A stretch of DNA of 64,000 bases from Candidatus Latescibacterota bacterium (GTDB lineage: Bacteria > Latescibacterota > UBA2968 > UBA8231). Shown here in pieces: positions 10,978 to 20,174 of this stretch. The number at the start of each line of letters is the position of its first letter. Position 1 is the first letter of the stretch. The stretch lies in the NCBI GenBank assembly GCA_964291625.2, contig OZ220089.1:2880001-2944000 (forward strand), given 5' to 3'. The notes beneath the pieces were generated by a model. It was given only the letters and a program-made list of their open reading frames with translations, was not told where the DNA came from and did no database searches. Both the position numbers and the translations under genes were made by a program.

Positions 10978-11952
10978 ATGGCGCTCCTGCGAGTCGAGGA
11001 TCTGCGCACCGTCTTCCGCACGGAGGACGGCGTCGTGCAGGCGGTGGACGGCGTCTCCTTCGAGGTGCGCGCCGGCTCCACCGTGGGGATCGTCGGCGAG
11101 TCGGGCTGCGGCAAGAGCGTCAGCGCCATGTCGGTCATGCGCCTGATCCCCGACCCTCCCGGGCGCATCGAGGACGGACGGGTCCTGTGGAAGGGAAGGG
11201 ATCTGCTGGCCGTCGACGCCGACGAGATGCCGGGGATCCGCGGCCGGGAGATCGCCATGATCTTCCAGGACCCCATGACCTCCCTCAACCCGGTCTTCAC
11301 CGTGCGCCGGCAGCTCGGGGAAGTTCTGGAGAAGCGCTTCGGCCTGGAGGGGGAGGCCGCCGGCGCGCGCATGGTGGAGATGCTGCGGCGCGTGGGGATC
11401 GCCGACGCGGAGAGCCGGCTGGACCAGTACCCCCACGAGCTCAGCGGCGGCATGAAGCAGCGCATCATGATCGCCATGGCCCTCATGTGCGAGCCGGACC
11501 TGCTCATCGCCGACGAGCCCACCACCGCCCTCGACGTGACCGTGCAGGCCCAGATCCTGCACCTGATGAAGCAGCTGCAGAGGGAGCTGGGCACGGCGAT
11601 CCTGCTCATCACCCACGACATGGGGGTCGTGGCCGAGACCTGCGACGAGGTGGTGGTCATGTACGCCGGCAAGGTGGTCGAGCGCTGCGGCGTCATCGAG
11701 CTTTTCGAGGGCAGCCGCCACCCCTATACGCGGGGCCTCCTCGACAGCATCCTGCGTCCGGGCCGGCCCCGGGGCGCCGGCGTGCCCACCATCGAGGGGG
11801 TCGTGCCCTCCCTCCTCGATCCGCCGCCAGGATGCCGCTTCGCCGACCGCTGCCCCCGCGCCGAGGAGCTCTGCCGCCGCGAGGACCCGCCCCTGGAACC
11901 GGTCGCCGACGGCCACCTGGCCGCCTGCCACTATCCCCTGGAGGCGGTGTGA
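10978..11952 (+). CDS. Oligopeptide ABC transporter ATP-binding protein (OppD-like)
   Basis: Motifs GESGCGKS, IFQDPMTSLNP, YPHELSGGMKQR, ADEPTTALDV, HPYT and C-terminal Cys cluster GCRFADRC..C..C. Confidence 0.93.
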   Translation: MALLRVEDLRTVFRTEDGVVQAVDGVSFEVRAGSTVGIVGESGCGKSVSAMSVMRLIPDPPGRIEDGRVLWKGRDLLAVDADEMPGIRGREIAMIFQDPMTSLNPVFTVRRQLGEVLEKRFGLEGEAAGARMVEMLRRVGIADAESRLDQYPHELSGGMKQRIMIAMALMCEPDLLIADEPTTALDVTVQAQILHLMKQLQRELGTAILLITHDMGVVAETCDEVVVMYAGKVVERCGVIELFEGSRHPYTRGLLDSILRPGRPRGAGVPTIEGVVPSLLDPPPGCRFADRCPRAEELCRREDPPLEPVADGHLAACHYPLEAV

Positions 11953-12926
11953 GCGCCCCCGTCGTCGAGGTCCGCGGCCTGCGCAAGCACTACCCGGTGG
12001 GCGGCGGTCTCTTCGGGCGCCGGAGGCAGAGCCTGAAGGCCGTGGACGGCGTCTCCTTCGACCTGCCGGCGGGCCGGACCCTGGGGCTGGTCGGTGAGTC
12101 CGGCTGCGGCAAGTCCACCCTGGGGCGGACCATGATGCGGCTCGAAGATCCGACGGCGGGCGCCGTCCGCTTCGAGGGGCGCGACCTGGCGCAGGCCACG
12201 GCGAAGGAGCTGTTCGCCCTGCGGCGCGACATGCAGATGATCTTCCAGGACCCCTATTCCTCGCTCAACCCGAGGCTGTCGGTGGGCGAGACCGTGCGCG
12301 AGCCCCTCGACGTGCACGCCCTGGGGACGCGGGCCGAGCGGCGCGAGCAGGTCGACGGTCTCCTCGAGGCCGTGGGTCTCGACCCGGCCGTGCAGGACCG
12401 CTATCCCCACGAGTTCTCCGGCGGCCAGCGCCAGCGCATCGGCATCGCCCGCAGCCTCGCCCTGGGGCCGAAGGTCATCGTCGCCGACGAGCCGGTCTCC
12501 GCCCTCGACGTCTCGGTGCAGGGGCAGGTGCTCAACCTCCTGGTGCGCTTCCAGCAGGAGCGCGGCCTCGCCTACCTGCTCATCTCCCACGACCTGTCGG
12601 TGGTGGAGTACCTCAGCCACCGGGTGGCGGTCATGTACCTCGGGCGCCTCGTGGAGTTCGGCTCCCGGGAGGAGGTGTTCTCGCGGCCGGCCCATCCCTA
12701 CACGCGGGCCCTGCTGGAGGCAGTACCCGTCGCCGACCCCCGCCGCCGCCGCGAGCGCGAGCCCCTCCTGGGGGAGACGCCGAGCGCGGTGAACCCGCCC
12801 GCGGGGTGCGCCTTCCACCCCCGGTGCCCCTTCGCCGTCGACGCCTGCCGGGGGCAGGTCCCGGAGCTGGAGCCCGTCGGCGACGGCGGCCACACCGCCG
12901 CCTGCATCCGCAAGGACGAGATCTGA
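11949..12926 (+). CDS. Oligopeptide ABC transporter ATP-binding protein (OppF-like)
   Basis: GTGA overlap; motifs GESGCGKST, FQDPYSSLNPR, YPHEFSGGQRQR, DEPVSALDVS, HPYT, GCAFHPRC. Confidence 0.93.
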   Translation: MSAPVVEVRGLRKHYPVGGGLFGRRRQSLKAVDGVSFDLPAGRTLGLVGESGCGKSTLGRTMMRLEDPTAGAVRFEGRDLAQATAKELFALRRDMQMIFQDPYSSLNPRLSVGETVREPLDVHALGTRAERREQVDGLLEAVGLDPAVQDRYPHEFSGGQRQRIGIARSLALGPKVIVADEPVSALDVSVQGQVLNLLVRFQQERGLAYLLISHDLSVVEYLSHRVAVMYLGRLVEFGSREEVFSRPAHPYTRALLEAVPVADPRRRREREPLLGETPSAVNPPAGCAFHPRCPFAVDACRGQVPELEPVGDGGHTAACIRKDEI

Positions 12927-12930
12927 AGGA

Positions 12931-12946
12931 CGCGGCGCCCGCCGCG
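12931..12946. terminator. Possible bidirectional terminator hairpin between convergent operons
   Basis: CGCGGCG-CC-CGCCGCG inverted repeat in the 23-nt gap between two convergent stop codons; no U-tract. Confidence 0.35.
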
Positions 12947-12949
12947 CTC

Positions 12950-13672
12950 CTACATCAGGTTCAGCCAGTCGTCGAGAAGGAAGCTGACCCGCCCGATGAG
13001 CAGGGACAGGCGGGCCATGACCGTGTACCCGAAGGAGGCTCCGAAGGAGATCATCAGGAACCAGATGCCGAGCTTGGAGGCGGTGCCCACGGCCCCGGTG
13101 TGCTCCACGGAGAAGAAGAAGTAGATGAGCACGGTCAAAACGCCCACGAGGACCAGCAGCAGGTTGAACCCCTCCCAGGTGAGGGTGATGGGCGCCAGGC
13201 TGGGCTCGATCTGCCCCAGGACGAAGGAGGACAGGTACCGGGGGATGGTAAGGCCGGCGCCGACGCCGACGACAAAGGCGAAGGAAAGGCGGCTGAGCCA
13301 GCCGATGCGGCGGGAGAACCGGGTCAGCATGAGCAGGCCCAGGAGGGTGGGGAACAGCATCACCCAGGGGTCGTGTCCGCCGCCGCCGCCGTCCAGATCG
13401 ACGTAGGTCCGGATGATGTCGTCGAGGAAGACGTTGTACCAGGTGATGCCGAAGACGTACGCCGCGGCGACGCCCACGTACACATGCTCGGCGACCTTGA
13501 ACAGGGGATTGTCCTTGTAGAGGAAGCTGTACAGGGCGAGGGTGAACCCGGCGGCGACGATCACGCCCGCCCCCTCCCAGTCAGCCTCCAGCAGTCCGCT
13601 GCCGATGAGCACGGCGTTGGCCGCGGCGAAGAGGGCGACGAAGCCGGCGAAGAGGTAGAGGTCTCGAGTCAT
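12950..13672 (-). CDS. Conserved-looking polytopic membrane protein, last gene of the GlmL-like operon
   Basis: About 7 hydrophobic segments; motifs LYSFLYKDNPLFKVAEH and FGASFGYTVMARLSLLIGR; AGGA RBS. Confidence 0.8.
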   Translation of the reverse strand: MTRDLYLFAGFVALFAAANAVLIGSGLLEADWEGAGVIVAAGFTLALYSFLYKDNPLFKVAEHVYVGVAAAYVFGITWYNVFLDDIIRTYVDLDGGGGGHDPWVMLFPTLLGLLMLTRFSRRIGWLSRLSFAFVVGVGAGLTIPRYLSSFVLGQIEPSLAPITLTWEGFNLLLVLVGVLTVLIYFFFSVEHTGAVGTASKLGIWFLMISFGASFGYTVMARLSLLIGRVSFLLDDWLNLM

Positions 13673-13679
13673 GGCGTCC

Positions 13680-14510
13680 TCAGGCCTGACTGTCCCGCCG
13701 GCGGGAGGCGAAGTAGGCGATGTTGCCCAGGATGATGAACAGGACGATGATCAGGTGGGTCACGGACTGCGGCTGCATGCCGTCGGTGGCTCGGCCGGGT
13801 GCGTCCACCAGCATCTCGTACTCGGCGGCCCCGGCCAGCCCGCCGAGGAGGCCCACGAGCTGCCCCGACTGCAGGAAGGGGTAGAGGTCGGGGGCCATCA
13901 CCGCCGTGCAGCCCCCGCCGAAGGGGAACCGGTGCTTCTCCTGGCCGTACGGGATCCACCAGTACTCCATGGAATCGCCTGCGGCGAAGTCGAAGACGAA
14001 GGAGAAGTCCTTCAGGTTTTCCACCCCCGCCAGCACCGGCAGGTCGCCCACCGGGGTCCCCTCGGTGTCGAAGGGAAAGGTGTCGGCCACGCTCTGCCCC
14101 ATGTTCAGCACCACCGCCTGATAGCCGATCTTGTAGCCCAGGAAAGCGTAGTCGACCCCGTACCGGCGGCCGAACTCGGCGGCCAGCTCGTCCATCACCG
14201 GCTGGGCGAGCCCCACCGCCTCGGGCCACAGGCAGATGGCGACCACCTTCAGCCCCCGTTGGAAGAGGTGGCGCACGACGGCGCGGGTCATCGGTACCAT
14301 CTCCGGCTCGGTGCTGGCGCCGTAGGAGAACGAGACCAGCACCGGCCGGCCGGCGTCCTCGGCGGCCACTCTCTCGATCTCGTCGTACACCGAGCGCACC
14401 GTGGGAGACGGCTTGATCGGAAGGGGGAGGTCCACCAGCAGGGGGATGGCCACCCCCAGAAAGACGAAAACGAAGATGAAGCGGCGGTCCAGGTTGATCA
14501 GCCGGTCCAT
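13680..14510 (-). CDS. Membrane-anchored protein with a soluble alpha/beta domain, GlmL-like operon
   Basis: N- and C-terminal TM helices flank a soluble domain; motifs GVDYAFLGYK and GLLGGLAGAAEYE; GGAG RBS. Confidence 0.8.
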   Translation of the reverse strand: MDRLINLDRRFIFVFVFLGVAIPLLVDLPLPIKPSPTVRSVYDEIERVAAEDAGRPVLVSFSYGASTEPEMVPMTRAVVRHLFQRGLKVVAICLWPEAVGLAQPVMDELAAEFGRRYGVDYAFLGYKIGYQAVVLNMGQSVADTFPFDTEGTPVGDLPVLAGVENLKDFSFVFDFAAGDSMEYWWIPYGQEKHRFPFGGGCTAVMAPDLYPFLQSGQLVGLLGGLAGAAEYEMLVDAPGRATDGMQPQSVTHLIIVLFIILGNIAYFASRRRDSQA

Positions 14511-14513
14511 GGT

Positions 14514-15173
14514 CTACTCCTCCCCCCCGCCGCCGAGATAGGAACGCTCGATGCCGAAGATGATGCGCAGGGAGGTGGCGATGGCGCCGAGACTGACGCC
14601 GAGCAGGATGCCGCGCTTGGCCGCCATGTTGGGCACCGTCATGAGCCACTGCATGGCCTCGGGGATGGCCTCGGATACATAGCCCCCGATCGGCACCCGT
14701 CCGAGCATGACGATCACCGCCGAGACCAGCAGGATCGCCGCCTCGGGGGTGCGCGCCCGGAAGGTGCGGTACGCCGCCGAGGAGATGAAGAAAGCGAGGG
14801 TGGAGAACATCGTCGCCGAGCTGGCCACGTGGATGTGGGTGAACATCCACTGGTAGGCGCCGGTCTTCGACTGCGCCTGCAGAGGTCCCTGGCCCTCGTT
14901 GTAGAGGACGAAGAGGCACATGACGCCGAAGCTGATGTAGACGATCAGGCTGTAGGCCCAGCCGGACTGCCGCAGGCGGATCTTGGACCAGTGCAGGTTG
15001 AGGAGGCTGTAGAGACCGAGGAAGTAGGCGAAGGCGGAGACCACCCGCAGCCACAGGGCGAAGGCCTGCGTGGTCTCTTCCGCATAGGGGTGGGGGCTGT
15101 AGAAGATGGCGAAGCCGGCGACGCCGAAGAGGAAGCAGATGGCGAAGGGCAGGGTCCGTGTCAGGAATGGCAT
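14514..15173 (-). CDS. Polytopic membrane protein, GlmL-like operon
   Basis: About 6 TM segments; motifs ATMFSTLAFFISSAAYRTFRART and RIIFGIERSY; GAGGA RBS. Confidence 0.8.
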   Translation of the reverse strand: MPFLTRTLPFAICFLFGVAGFAIFYSPHPYAEETTQAFALWLRVVSAFAYFLGLYSLLNLHWSKIRLRQSGWAYSLIVYISFGVMCLFVLYNEGQGPLQAQSKTGAYQWMFTHIHVASSATMFSTLAFFISSAAYRTFRARTPEAAILLVSAVIVMLGRVPIGGYVSEAIPEAMQWLMTVPNMAAKRGILLGVSLGAIATSLRIIFGIERSYLGGGGEE

Positions 15174-15183
15174 CGGCGTCCTC

Positions 15184-16392
15184 TCACAGGGAGGCGGACA
15201 ATTGGGTCAGGAAGTCGACGCCGGCCGTGGACAGGATGGTGCCGGCCATGAGCACGAGGATGAGCACGGCCTTGCCCACGTCCTGGCCCCGCAGGCTGCC
15301 GAGGAGGCGCGGCTCCTTCGACAGGTAGGCGCTGGCGGCGTAGAGCTCCTCCCCCATCAGGGTGTAGTCGCAGGTGGTGACGAAGAACGGCAACTGGGTG
15401 TAGGCGTCGGTGCCGGCGATCTGAATGGCCCCGGTGGTGCTGCCCGTCTCGGTGAGGAGCAGCGACTCGGCGTAGAAGTATCCCATCATGATGTGCGCCG
15501 CGGGACGGTCGCGGACCATGATGCCCTCCAGGGCCGCGGCGTAGGAGAACTGCTCGGTGCCGGCCATGAACACGTCCCCGGGCCGGTAGGCGTCGGGCCG
15601 GCCCTCCTCCAGGCAGGCCTCCTTCACCACCTCCTGGCTCACCGACATGACCACGGGGTCGACGTTGGCCACCCGCAACTCGGCGTCCAGGCGTGCCGTG
15701 CGCCGGGCCACCCGGCCGAGGATGTTCACGGCGGCGATCGTCGGGATCTGGTCCATGCCCTTCAGGCCGTGGACGAACAGCACCGAGCGGCCCATCTCGG
15801 TGGCCCGCCCAAGGGCCTCGTCGAGGGCTTCCAGGCCCCCGATGCGCCGGATGTAGAGCTCCCGGCGCCGGGCCACGGCGATGAACAGGAGGATCACCAC
15901 CGACAGGGCCAAGGCGAGGACGAGGTTGTTCAGCTTGGCCGTGTTGAACAGGTCGGGCGCCGGCGCGGCTGCCGCCGGCTGGCTGCGCCTCGCCTCCGCG
16001 CCCTCCCCGGCGACGAGACGGGCCTGGTAGGTCGTGCCGTCTTCCAAGGCCCTCGGCTTCTCCTCCCCTTCCGGCGTGTAGCCCGTGAGGTGAAGCACGT
16101 AGCGTTGCTCGTTGGCGTCGTCGTGGCCGAAGAGGGCCGGCTCGTCGGACATCCGCCCCGGGGCCATCGTCTCGGCGGCCACGTGGAAGGGGCCCTCCGG
16201 CGATTCGGCGAGGTAGACGCGGTAGAGGGCGCCGGCGGGGGCGGCATCGGCGCGCCAGGTCAGGCTCAGGCTGCCGCCGGCGTCGTTCGGCGTGTCGAAG
16301 AGATCGATCTCGAAGGCCGCCGGCTGCGCCCCGGCTCCGGCCAGCAGCCCGAGTCCGGCGACCAGGGTCAGGGTTCTACCGAAGTCCGTCAT
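15184..16392 (-). CDS. Signal peptide + FN3-like exported domain + TM + DUF6754-like domain protein
   Basis: ATG at 16392 (ATGA overlap); signal peptide; DTPNDAGGSLSLTW...YRVY FN3-like strands; C-terminal IRRIGGLEALDEALGRATEMG, GYFYAESLLL, QLPFFVTTCDYTLMGEELYAASAYL. DUF6754 is recalled, not searched. Confidence 0.7.
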   Translation of the reverse strand: MTDFGRTLTLVAGLGLLAGAGAQPAAFEIDLFDTPNDAGGSLSLTWRADAAPAGALYRVYLAESPEGPFHVAAETMAPGRMSDEPALFGHDDANEQRYVLHLTGYTPEGEEKPRALEDGTTYQARLVAGEGAEARRSQPAAAAPAPDLFNTAKLNNLVLALALSVVILLFIAVARRRELYIRRIGGLEALDEALGRATEMGRSVLFVHGLKGMDQIPTIAAVNILGRVARRTARLDAELRVANVDPVVMSVSQEVVKEACLEEGRPDAYRPGDVFMAGTEQFSYAAALEGIMVRDRPAAHIMMGYFYAESLLLTETGSTTGAIQIAGTDAYTQLPFFVTTCDYTLMGEELYAASAYLSKEPRLLGSLRGQDVGKAVLILVLMAGTILSTAGVDFLTQLSASL

Positions 16393-17516
16393 CCTGCGAT
16401 CAGCTCCACGTTGGCCCGCGGCACCACGGCCCGCGAGCCGTCCTCGAACTCGACCTCCAGCACCCGCACCGAGGCGCCGGACTCGACCGCCCGCAGGTCG
16501 GGGATCAGCTCGCCCACCCTGCCGATGCGGCCGAAGTACGGGGCCCGGATGATACGAAGGGGGTCTCCATGCGCCATCCCCCCCCCGCGGCTTCCCCCGC
16601 GGGCCTCCGCCTCTCCCGGTCCCGTCGGGTCCGGGACGATGATCTCGGGGCGCATGACCCCCGCCCGGATCTGGGTCGCCCCCGAGATCGAGGCCTGGCG
16701 GCCGTGGCAGTCCCGGAGGATCTCGAAGGTCCGGCCGGCCATGGCGATCTCGCCGAACCCCTCGGTGACGATCACCGTCAGTCCGATCTCCTCGGTGCCG
16801 GTGATGGCGACGCCGAGGTCGTAGCCCAGCAGCCGCCGCAGGTCCCGATCGTGGATCCCGCCGCCGATCACCCCGGCGGCGCCCACCTCGCGGGCCCGGT
16901 CGATCGCCTCGTACGACAACAGACCCGTGACCACCACGATCCGGCCCGAGCACTCGTCGTCGATCCGGTCCGCTGCCAGCGGCTCCCCGGGGTTCTCCGC
17001 GAGCATGTGGAGGGGCCCGTAGCGCTCGCCGCCGACACCGAAGATGCCCTGCACGAAGGCCCCCCGCGTCTCCACCACCACCCCTTCGTTCTCGATAACC
17101 TCGACCACCTGGCCGTCGACGTAGGCCCGTACCTCCACGGGCAGGGCCGGCTCCCGGAGCAGGACCTGCCCGGTCACCGGCGAGATGCTGTCCACCGTGC
17201 CGTCGATGGGGGACTCCACCGTGGTCTTGAACCACTTGATGAAGGGCCGCGTCTCGGCCATCGGCTCGCCCCGCCGCACCTCGTCTCCTTCGGCCTTGAG
17301 CATGAACCCCGGCAGCTCCTCGGCGGTGATGCCCAGCCGGTTGACCACGTTCACCGTGGAGACGCTGCCGGGCAGCTCGGTGCGGGCCACCACCTGTTCG
17401 CGCTCGACGCCGTCGCCGACGGCGGCCAGTACCTGGCCCCGCAACGGCAGACGGCGCGTCCGCCGGAGGACGGTGGTGGGCGTCACGGACAGTCCGGGCG
17501 TGTAGGCGTGGGCCAT
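16389..17516 (-). CDS. Uncharacterised partner of the GlmL-like ATPase (barrel-sandwich hybrid repeats, swivelling-like domain, C-terminal KOW-like segment)
   Basis: ATG at 17516 (TGATG overlap), MAHAYTPGL start; hybrid-motif repeats VGDGVEREQVVA and EGDEVRRGEPMA; QGIFGVGGE; TEGFG; TQIRAGVMRPEII; GDPLRIIRAPYFGRIG; VPRANVE. Confidence 0.75.
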   Translation of the reverse strand: MAHAYTPGLSVTPTTVLRRTRRLPLRGQVLAAVGDGVEREQVVARTELPGSVSTVNVVNRLGITAEELPGFMLKAEGDEVRRGEPMAETRPFIKWFKTTVESPIDGTVDSISPVTGQVLLREPALPVEVRAYVDGQVVEVIENEGVVVETRGAFVQGIFGVGGERYGPLHMLAENPGEPLAADRIDDECSGRIVVVTGLLSYEAIDRAREVGAAGVIGGGIHDRDLRRLLGYDLGVAITGTEEIGLTVIVTEGFGEIAMAGRTFEILRDCHGRQASISGATQIRAGVMRPEIIVPDPTGPGEAEARGGSRGGGMAHGDPLRIIRAPYFGRIGRVGELIPDLRAVESGASVRVLEVEFEDGSRAVVPRANVELIAG

Positions 17517-19387
17517 CAGTCCCCCCCTCCGTAGAGCCCGAGGGCGCGGCTCCAGTCGCCGATCCGGTCCCGCCTCTCCCCGTCCTCCTCGGGCAGGCTC
17601 AGGGGGCGGCCCCGGCCGTCGAGGACCAGTCCGACGACGCCGCCCCGGACCCGGGCCCGGTGTTCCTGCCCCGGGCCCGACCCCGCGTCCCGGCCGCGTG
17701 CCGGGGAGATCGTCATCTCCGCCTCCTCCCCGTCGGCCAGCGGCAGCAGCCGCAGCTCGCCGCACCGCAGCTCTCCCCCCCCCACCGGCCCGTCCGGCAG
17801 GCGCAACTCGTACGAAGCGCACAGATCGCCCGGTTTTCCCTCCCCCGAGGGAGCGACGCAGGTGCCCAGGTAGATGATGCAGTCGCGCTCGAAGACGTCG
17901 GTGGCGGCCTGCTCGTCCACGGAGGCGAGCACGCCGAGGTGGGGCATCATGAAGATGCTGTCCACGGCGAGCTGGGTGACGCCCTCGGGCTGGAAGGCGT
18001 CGACGAGCATGGCGGCGGTCTGGGCCCGGCGGGGGGCGTGGGAGAGCACGCCGCCGCTGCCGACCAGCAGGTCGAGGACCATCATGTCCACCAGGCTCTC
18101 GCCCGTGGCCTCCTGGTCGAAGACGTCGGACAGAGTGCGCTCGCTCTGCACCCCCTTCAGACCGACGGCCAGCTCCCGGTGCTGCACGAGGGCCAGCCGC
18201 AGGGCCTCGCGGGCCACGGCGTGCTCGATCTGCAGCTCCTCCAGCATGTGGGGGATCGTCGTGGGCCGGATCATCTTGTTCTTGATGCGGTCCCGCAGGT
18301 CGGCCTCGTCGATGTCGAAGGGGATCCAGCGCACGACGTTTTCCAGCGAGGCCTCGGCCAGGACGTTGGAGATGCTGTAGGACATGCCGAGGTTGGCGCT
18401 CACCGTGCGGTTGAAGACGGTGCCCGGACCCTCCGGCTCCCCGGCCTCCGCCCCGTCCTCTCCGGGGGCGGGGTCCGCCTGCCCTTCCGCCGCCGTGTGG
18501 AAGACGCTGAAGACGTCGGTCGTGGCGCCGCCGATGTCGACGCCGAGGACGTCGATCCCCTTGCGCCGGGCGATCGCCTGCATGATCCGGCCCACCGCCG
18601 CCGGCGTCGGCATGATCGGGGCGGCCGTCCAGGACATCAGCTTCGAGTACCCGGGGGCCTGGGCCATCACGTGCTCGAGGAACAGGTCGTGGATGACGTG
18701 CCGCGCCGGGCCCAGGTTCTCGCGCTCGAGGACGGGGCGCAGGTTCTCGGTCACGTGCAGGGCCGTGCGCTGGCCGAGGACGCGCTCCACCTCGGGGCCC
18801 GCGTCCTGGTTGCCGGCGAAGATCACCGGCAGCTCGAAGCCGGCGCCGAACCGGGGCCGGGGGTCGGCGGCGGCCACGTACTCCGCCAGCTCGACCACGT
18901 GGGAGACCGTGCCGCCGTCGGTGCCGCCGGACAGCAGCACCATGTCGGGGCGCAGGTGGCGGATGCGCTCGATCTTCTCGTAGGGCTGGCGGCCGTCGTT
19001 GGAGGCGAGCACGTCCATGACGATGGCGCCGGCCCCGAGGGCGCAGCGCTGGGCGCTCTCGCCGGTCATCGACTGCACGACACCGGCCACCATCATCTGC
19101 AGGCCGCCGCCGGCGCTCGAGGTGGAGATGTAGATGTCGACGCCGCGTCCCTCCGCCGCCGGGGTGATGATGCGCTCGCCGTCGAGGATCCGCCGCCCCG
19201 AGAGCTCCTCCACCTCCTGGATGGCGTTCAACACGCCCCGGGTCACGTCTTCGAAGGGCGCCTCCACCGTGGTCGGGGCCTCGCCGCGGAAGGTCTGCCG
19301 GTAGCCCTCTTCCAGGCGCTCGATGAGAATCGCCTTGGTGGTGGTGCTGCCGCAGTCGGTGGCGATGATGACGTCGGGCCTATCCAC
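17516..19387 (-). CDS. GlmL/MutL (glutamate mutase L-like) ASKHA-fold ATPase
   Basis: Phosphate-1 DCGSTTTKA, SSAGGGL, LSGGTDGG, PIMPTP, phosphate-2 DIGGATTDV, RTVSANLGM, GSGGVLSHAP. Confidence 0.85.
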   Translation of the reverse strand: MDRPDVIIATDCGSTTTKAILIERLEEGYRQTFRGEAPTTVEAPFEDVTRGVLNAIQEVEELSGRRILDGERIITPAAEGRGVDIYISTSSAGGGLQMMVAGVVQSMTGESAQRCALGAGAIVMDVLASNDGRQPYEKIERIRHLRPDMVLLSGGTDGGTVSHVVELAEYVAAADPRPRFGAGFELPVIFAGNQDAGPEVERVLGQRTALHVTENLRPVLERENLGPARHVIHDLFLEHVMAQAPGYSKLMSWTAAPIMPTPAAVGRIMQAIARRKGIDVLGVDIGGATTDVFSVFHTAAEGQADPAPGEDGAEAGEPEGPGTVFNRTVSANLGMSYSISNVLAEASLENVVRWIPFDIDEADLRDRIKNKMIRPTTIPHMLEELQIEHAVAREALRLALVQHRELAVGLKGVQSERTLSDVFDQEATGESLVDMMVLDLLVGSGGVLSHAPRRAQTAAMLVDAFQPEGVTQLAVDSIFMMPHLGVLASVDEQAATDVFERDCIIYLGTCVAPSGEGKPGDLCASYELRLPDGPVGGGELRCGELRLLPLADGEEAEMTISPARGRDAGSGPGQEHRARVRGGVVGLVLDGRGRPLSLPEEDGERRDRIGDWSRALGLYGGGD

Positions 19388-19712
19388 GGCGCCGGTCTTC
19401 CCCTTCGGTGATCGCCTCGATGATCCAGTCGATGCTGCGGCGCCTTTCCAGCAGTCCCCGAAGGCGGTCGTACTCGGCAGGCGAGAAGGCGAGCTTCAGC
19501 ATGGGGCCGGCGAAGGCCAGCACCTGGCTGCCCATGAAGCTCAGGGGCCGGGTGCTCTCGAGCGCCATCAGGGCCGGCGCCGTCAGGCGGCGGCGCACGA
19601 CGAGGCGGGCCAGGCGCTCTATGAGGGCCCGCTCCTCCTCGGAGAGGGGTTCCCCGGAGTCGAGGGCGAAGGCGTGGGACCAGCCGCGCCGCAGGCGCTC
19701 AAGCGGGGACAC
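19380..19712 (-). CDS. Small hypothetical helical protein
   Basis: Overlaps both neighbours; ERLARLVVRRRLTAPALMALESTRPLSFMGSQ. Confidence 0.65.
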   Translation of the reverse strand: MSPLERLRRGWSHAFALDSGEPLSEEERALIERLARLVVRRRLTAPALMALESTRPLSFMGSQVLAFAGPMLKLAFSPAEYDRLRGLLERRRSIDWIIEAITEGEDRRRG

Positions 19713-20136
19713 GGGCCCGTGCCAGGGCGACGACTTCGCCGGCGTCGACGCCGGGGCCGAAGCGCAGGAACACTCCGCGGAAGGAATCGAGCCGGCTCGG
19801 CCGCCGGAAGGGGCTCAGGAAGAGACCGTCGGCGTGGCGGTCGACGCGGCGGAAGGTGGACCAGGGCCGGCGGCGCCAGGTCAGCTGGCGCCAGGCGGCC
19901 TCATGTTCGTCGAGAATGTACCGAGTCGGGAGCAGGTAGCGGGCGGTGGCTCCCGCCAGCGCCAGGAGCGAGATCAGTCCGTAAACGGCGCCGCCGAGGC
20001 TGGCGGCGGCCAGGGTGGAGAACCCGACGATCAGGGCCCCCAGGGCAGCCGACTTCCAAGCCGGCTCCTGGCGAAGCGGGTGGGCCGTCCATGCGAGGGG
20101 GCCGTGCCGGCTGGCGGTCGGGTCGCTCGCAACCAT
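19699..20136 (-). CDS. Hypothetical membrane protein (2 TM plus short beta domain), first gene of the operon
   Basis: ATG at 20136 lies 7 nt after a TATATT -10-like box; two hydrophobic helices; YLLPTRY, LSPF..PSRLDSFRGVFLRF. Confidence 0.65.
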   Translation of the reverse strand: MVASDPTASRHGPLAWTAHPLRQEPAWKSAALGALIVGFSTLAAASLGGAVYGLISLLALAGATARYLLPTRYILDEHEAAWRQLTWRRRPWSTFRRVDRHADGLFLSPFRRPSRLDSFRGVFLRFGPGVDAGEVVALARARVPA

Positions 20137-20174
20137 TCGGCACAATATAGATCGCCGGCAAGGCGGGCAGCGAA

